In this document: positions 63,942 to 64,000 of the stretch, piece after piece
How positions within the stretch are numbered: position 1 is the stretch's first letter
Layout of the letters: every line of letters begins with the position of its first letter
Assembly: GCA_002104905.1 (NCBI GenBank)
Contig: MCFE01000005.1
Location: 215,784-279,783 of the forward strand
DNA length: 64,000 bases
Source: Basidiobolus meristosporus CBS 931.73
Taxonomy: Eukaryota; Fungi; Basidiobolomycota
Direction: 5' to 3'
The notes under the pieces: generated by a model
Told to the model about the DNA's origin: nothing
The model's input: only the letters and a program-made list of their open reading frames with translations
Databases searched by the model: none
Made by a program: the position numbers and the translations under genes

Positions 63942-64000
63942 TGACAGTGGGCTTCTTGGACGCAAGGAAAGTGGACTGGCAGATTCAGGCACAAAAGGAG

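Larger units (their letters stand above)
60004..64000 (-). mobile_element. Unit A: intact autonomous non-LTR retrotransposon (ORF1 + APE-RT ORF2); 5' end lies beyond the window
   Basis: Two uninterrupted ORFs. The 3' UTR of about 60 nt ends AATAAAGATTTCACCTGTTGGTGACTGTCTC(C)nTAACCC. No LTRs and no poly(A). Confidence 0.95.

Noticed and set aside
60004-64000. Classifying the telomeric element as Penelope-like (Athena/Coprina type) or LTR
   Set aside because: ORF2 has an N-terminal APE-type domain and LINE-type RT motifs. No GIY-YIG, integrase, protease or terminal direct repeats are visible.

Overview
Eukaryotic, intron-rich, gene-dense DNA. It is most likely from an early-diverging (non-Dikarya) fungus, inferred from fungal-type PHO84/NCR1/TIF34/CAT2 proteins, short introns, snurportin-1 and U12-type AT-AC introns. 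Bases 1-55.2 kb hold about 25 mostly housekeeping genes: PHO84, class 3 lipase, Dicer, prefoldin 5, RPS24, DNMT2, ELP4, a PPR protein, CDC25, eIF3i, a Munc13/C2 protein, snurportin-1, a Vps39/TGFBRAP1-like protein, a 3'-5' exonuclease, UBI-RPL40, YIF1, an NDUFC2-like subunit, a WD40 protein, a subtilisin, TMEM41, CAT2, COQ7 and NCR1. From about 56.2 kb to the window end lies a head-to-tail array of six non-LTR retroelement units, all on the minus strand with 5' ends pointing right. They end in a shared hairpin plus C-tract terminus instead of poly(A), and most junctions carry TTAGGG telomeric repeats. This is the geometry expected of a retroelement family that adds itself to a chromosome end. 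The array includes (i) an intact autonomous element whose ORF1 and APE-RT ORF2 are in frame and separated only by UGA-CUA, a known readthrough signal, (ii) an ORF1-only unit reminiscent of HeT-A, and (iii) a non-coding unit. I found no CpG in about 3.9 kb of the intact element's coding sequence. Two AT-AC minor-spliceosome introns are also visible. All calls were made by eye; no database searches were run, and exon boundaries and some starts are approximate.
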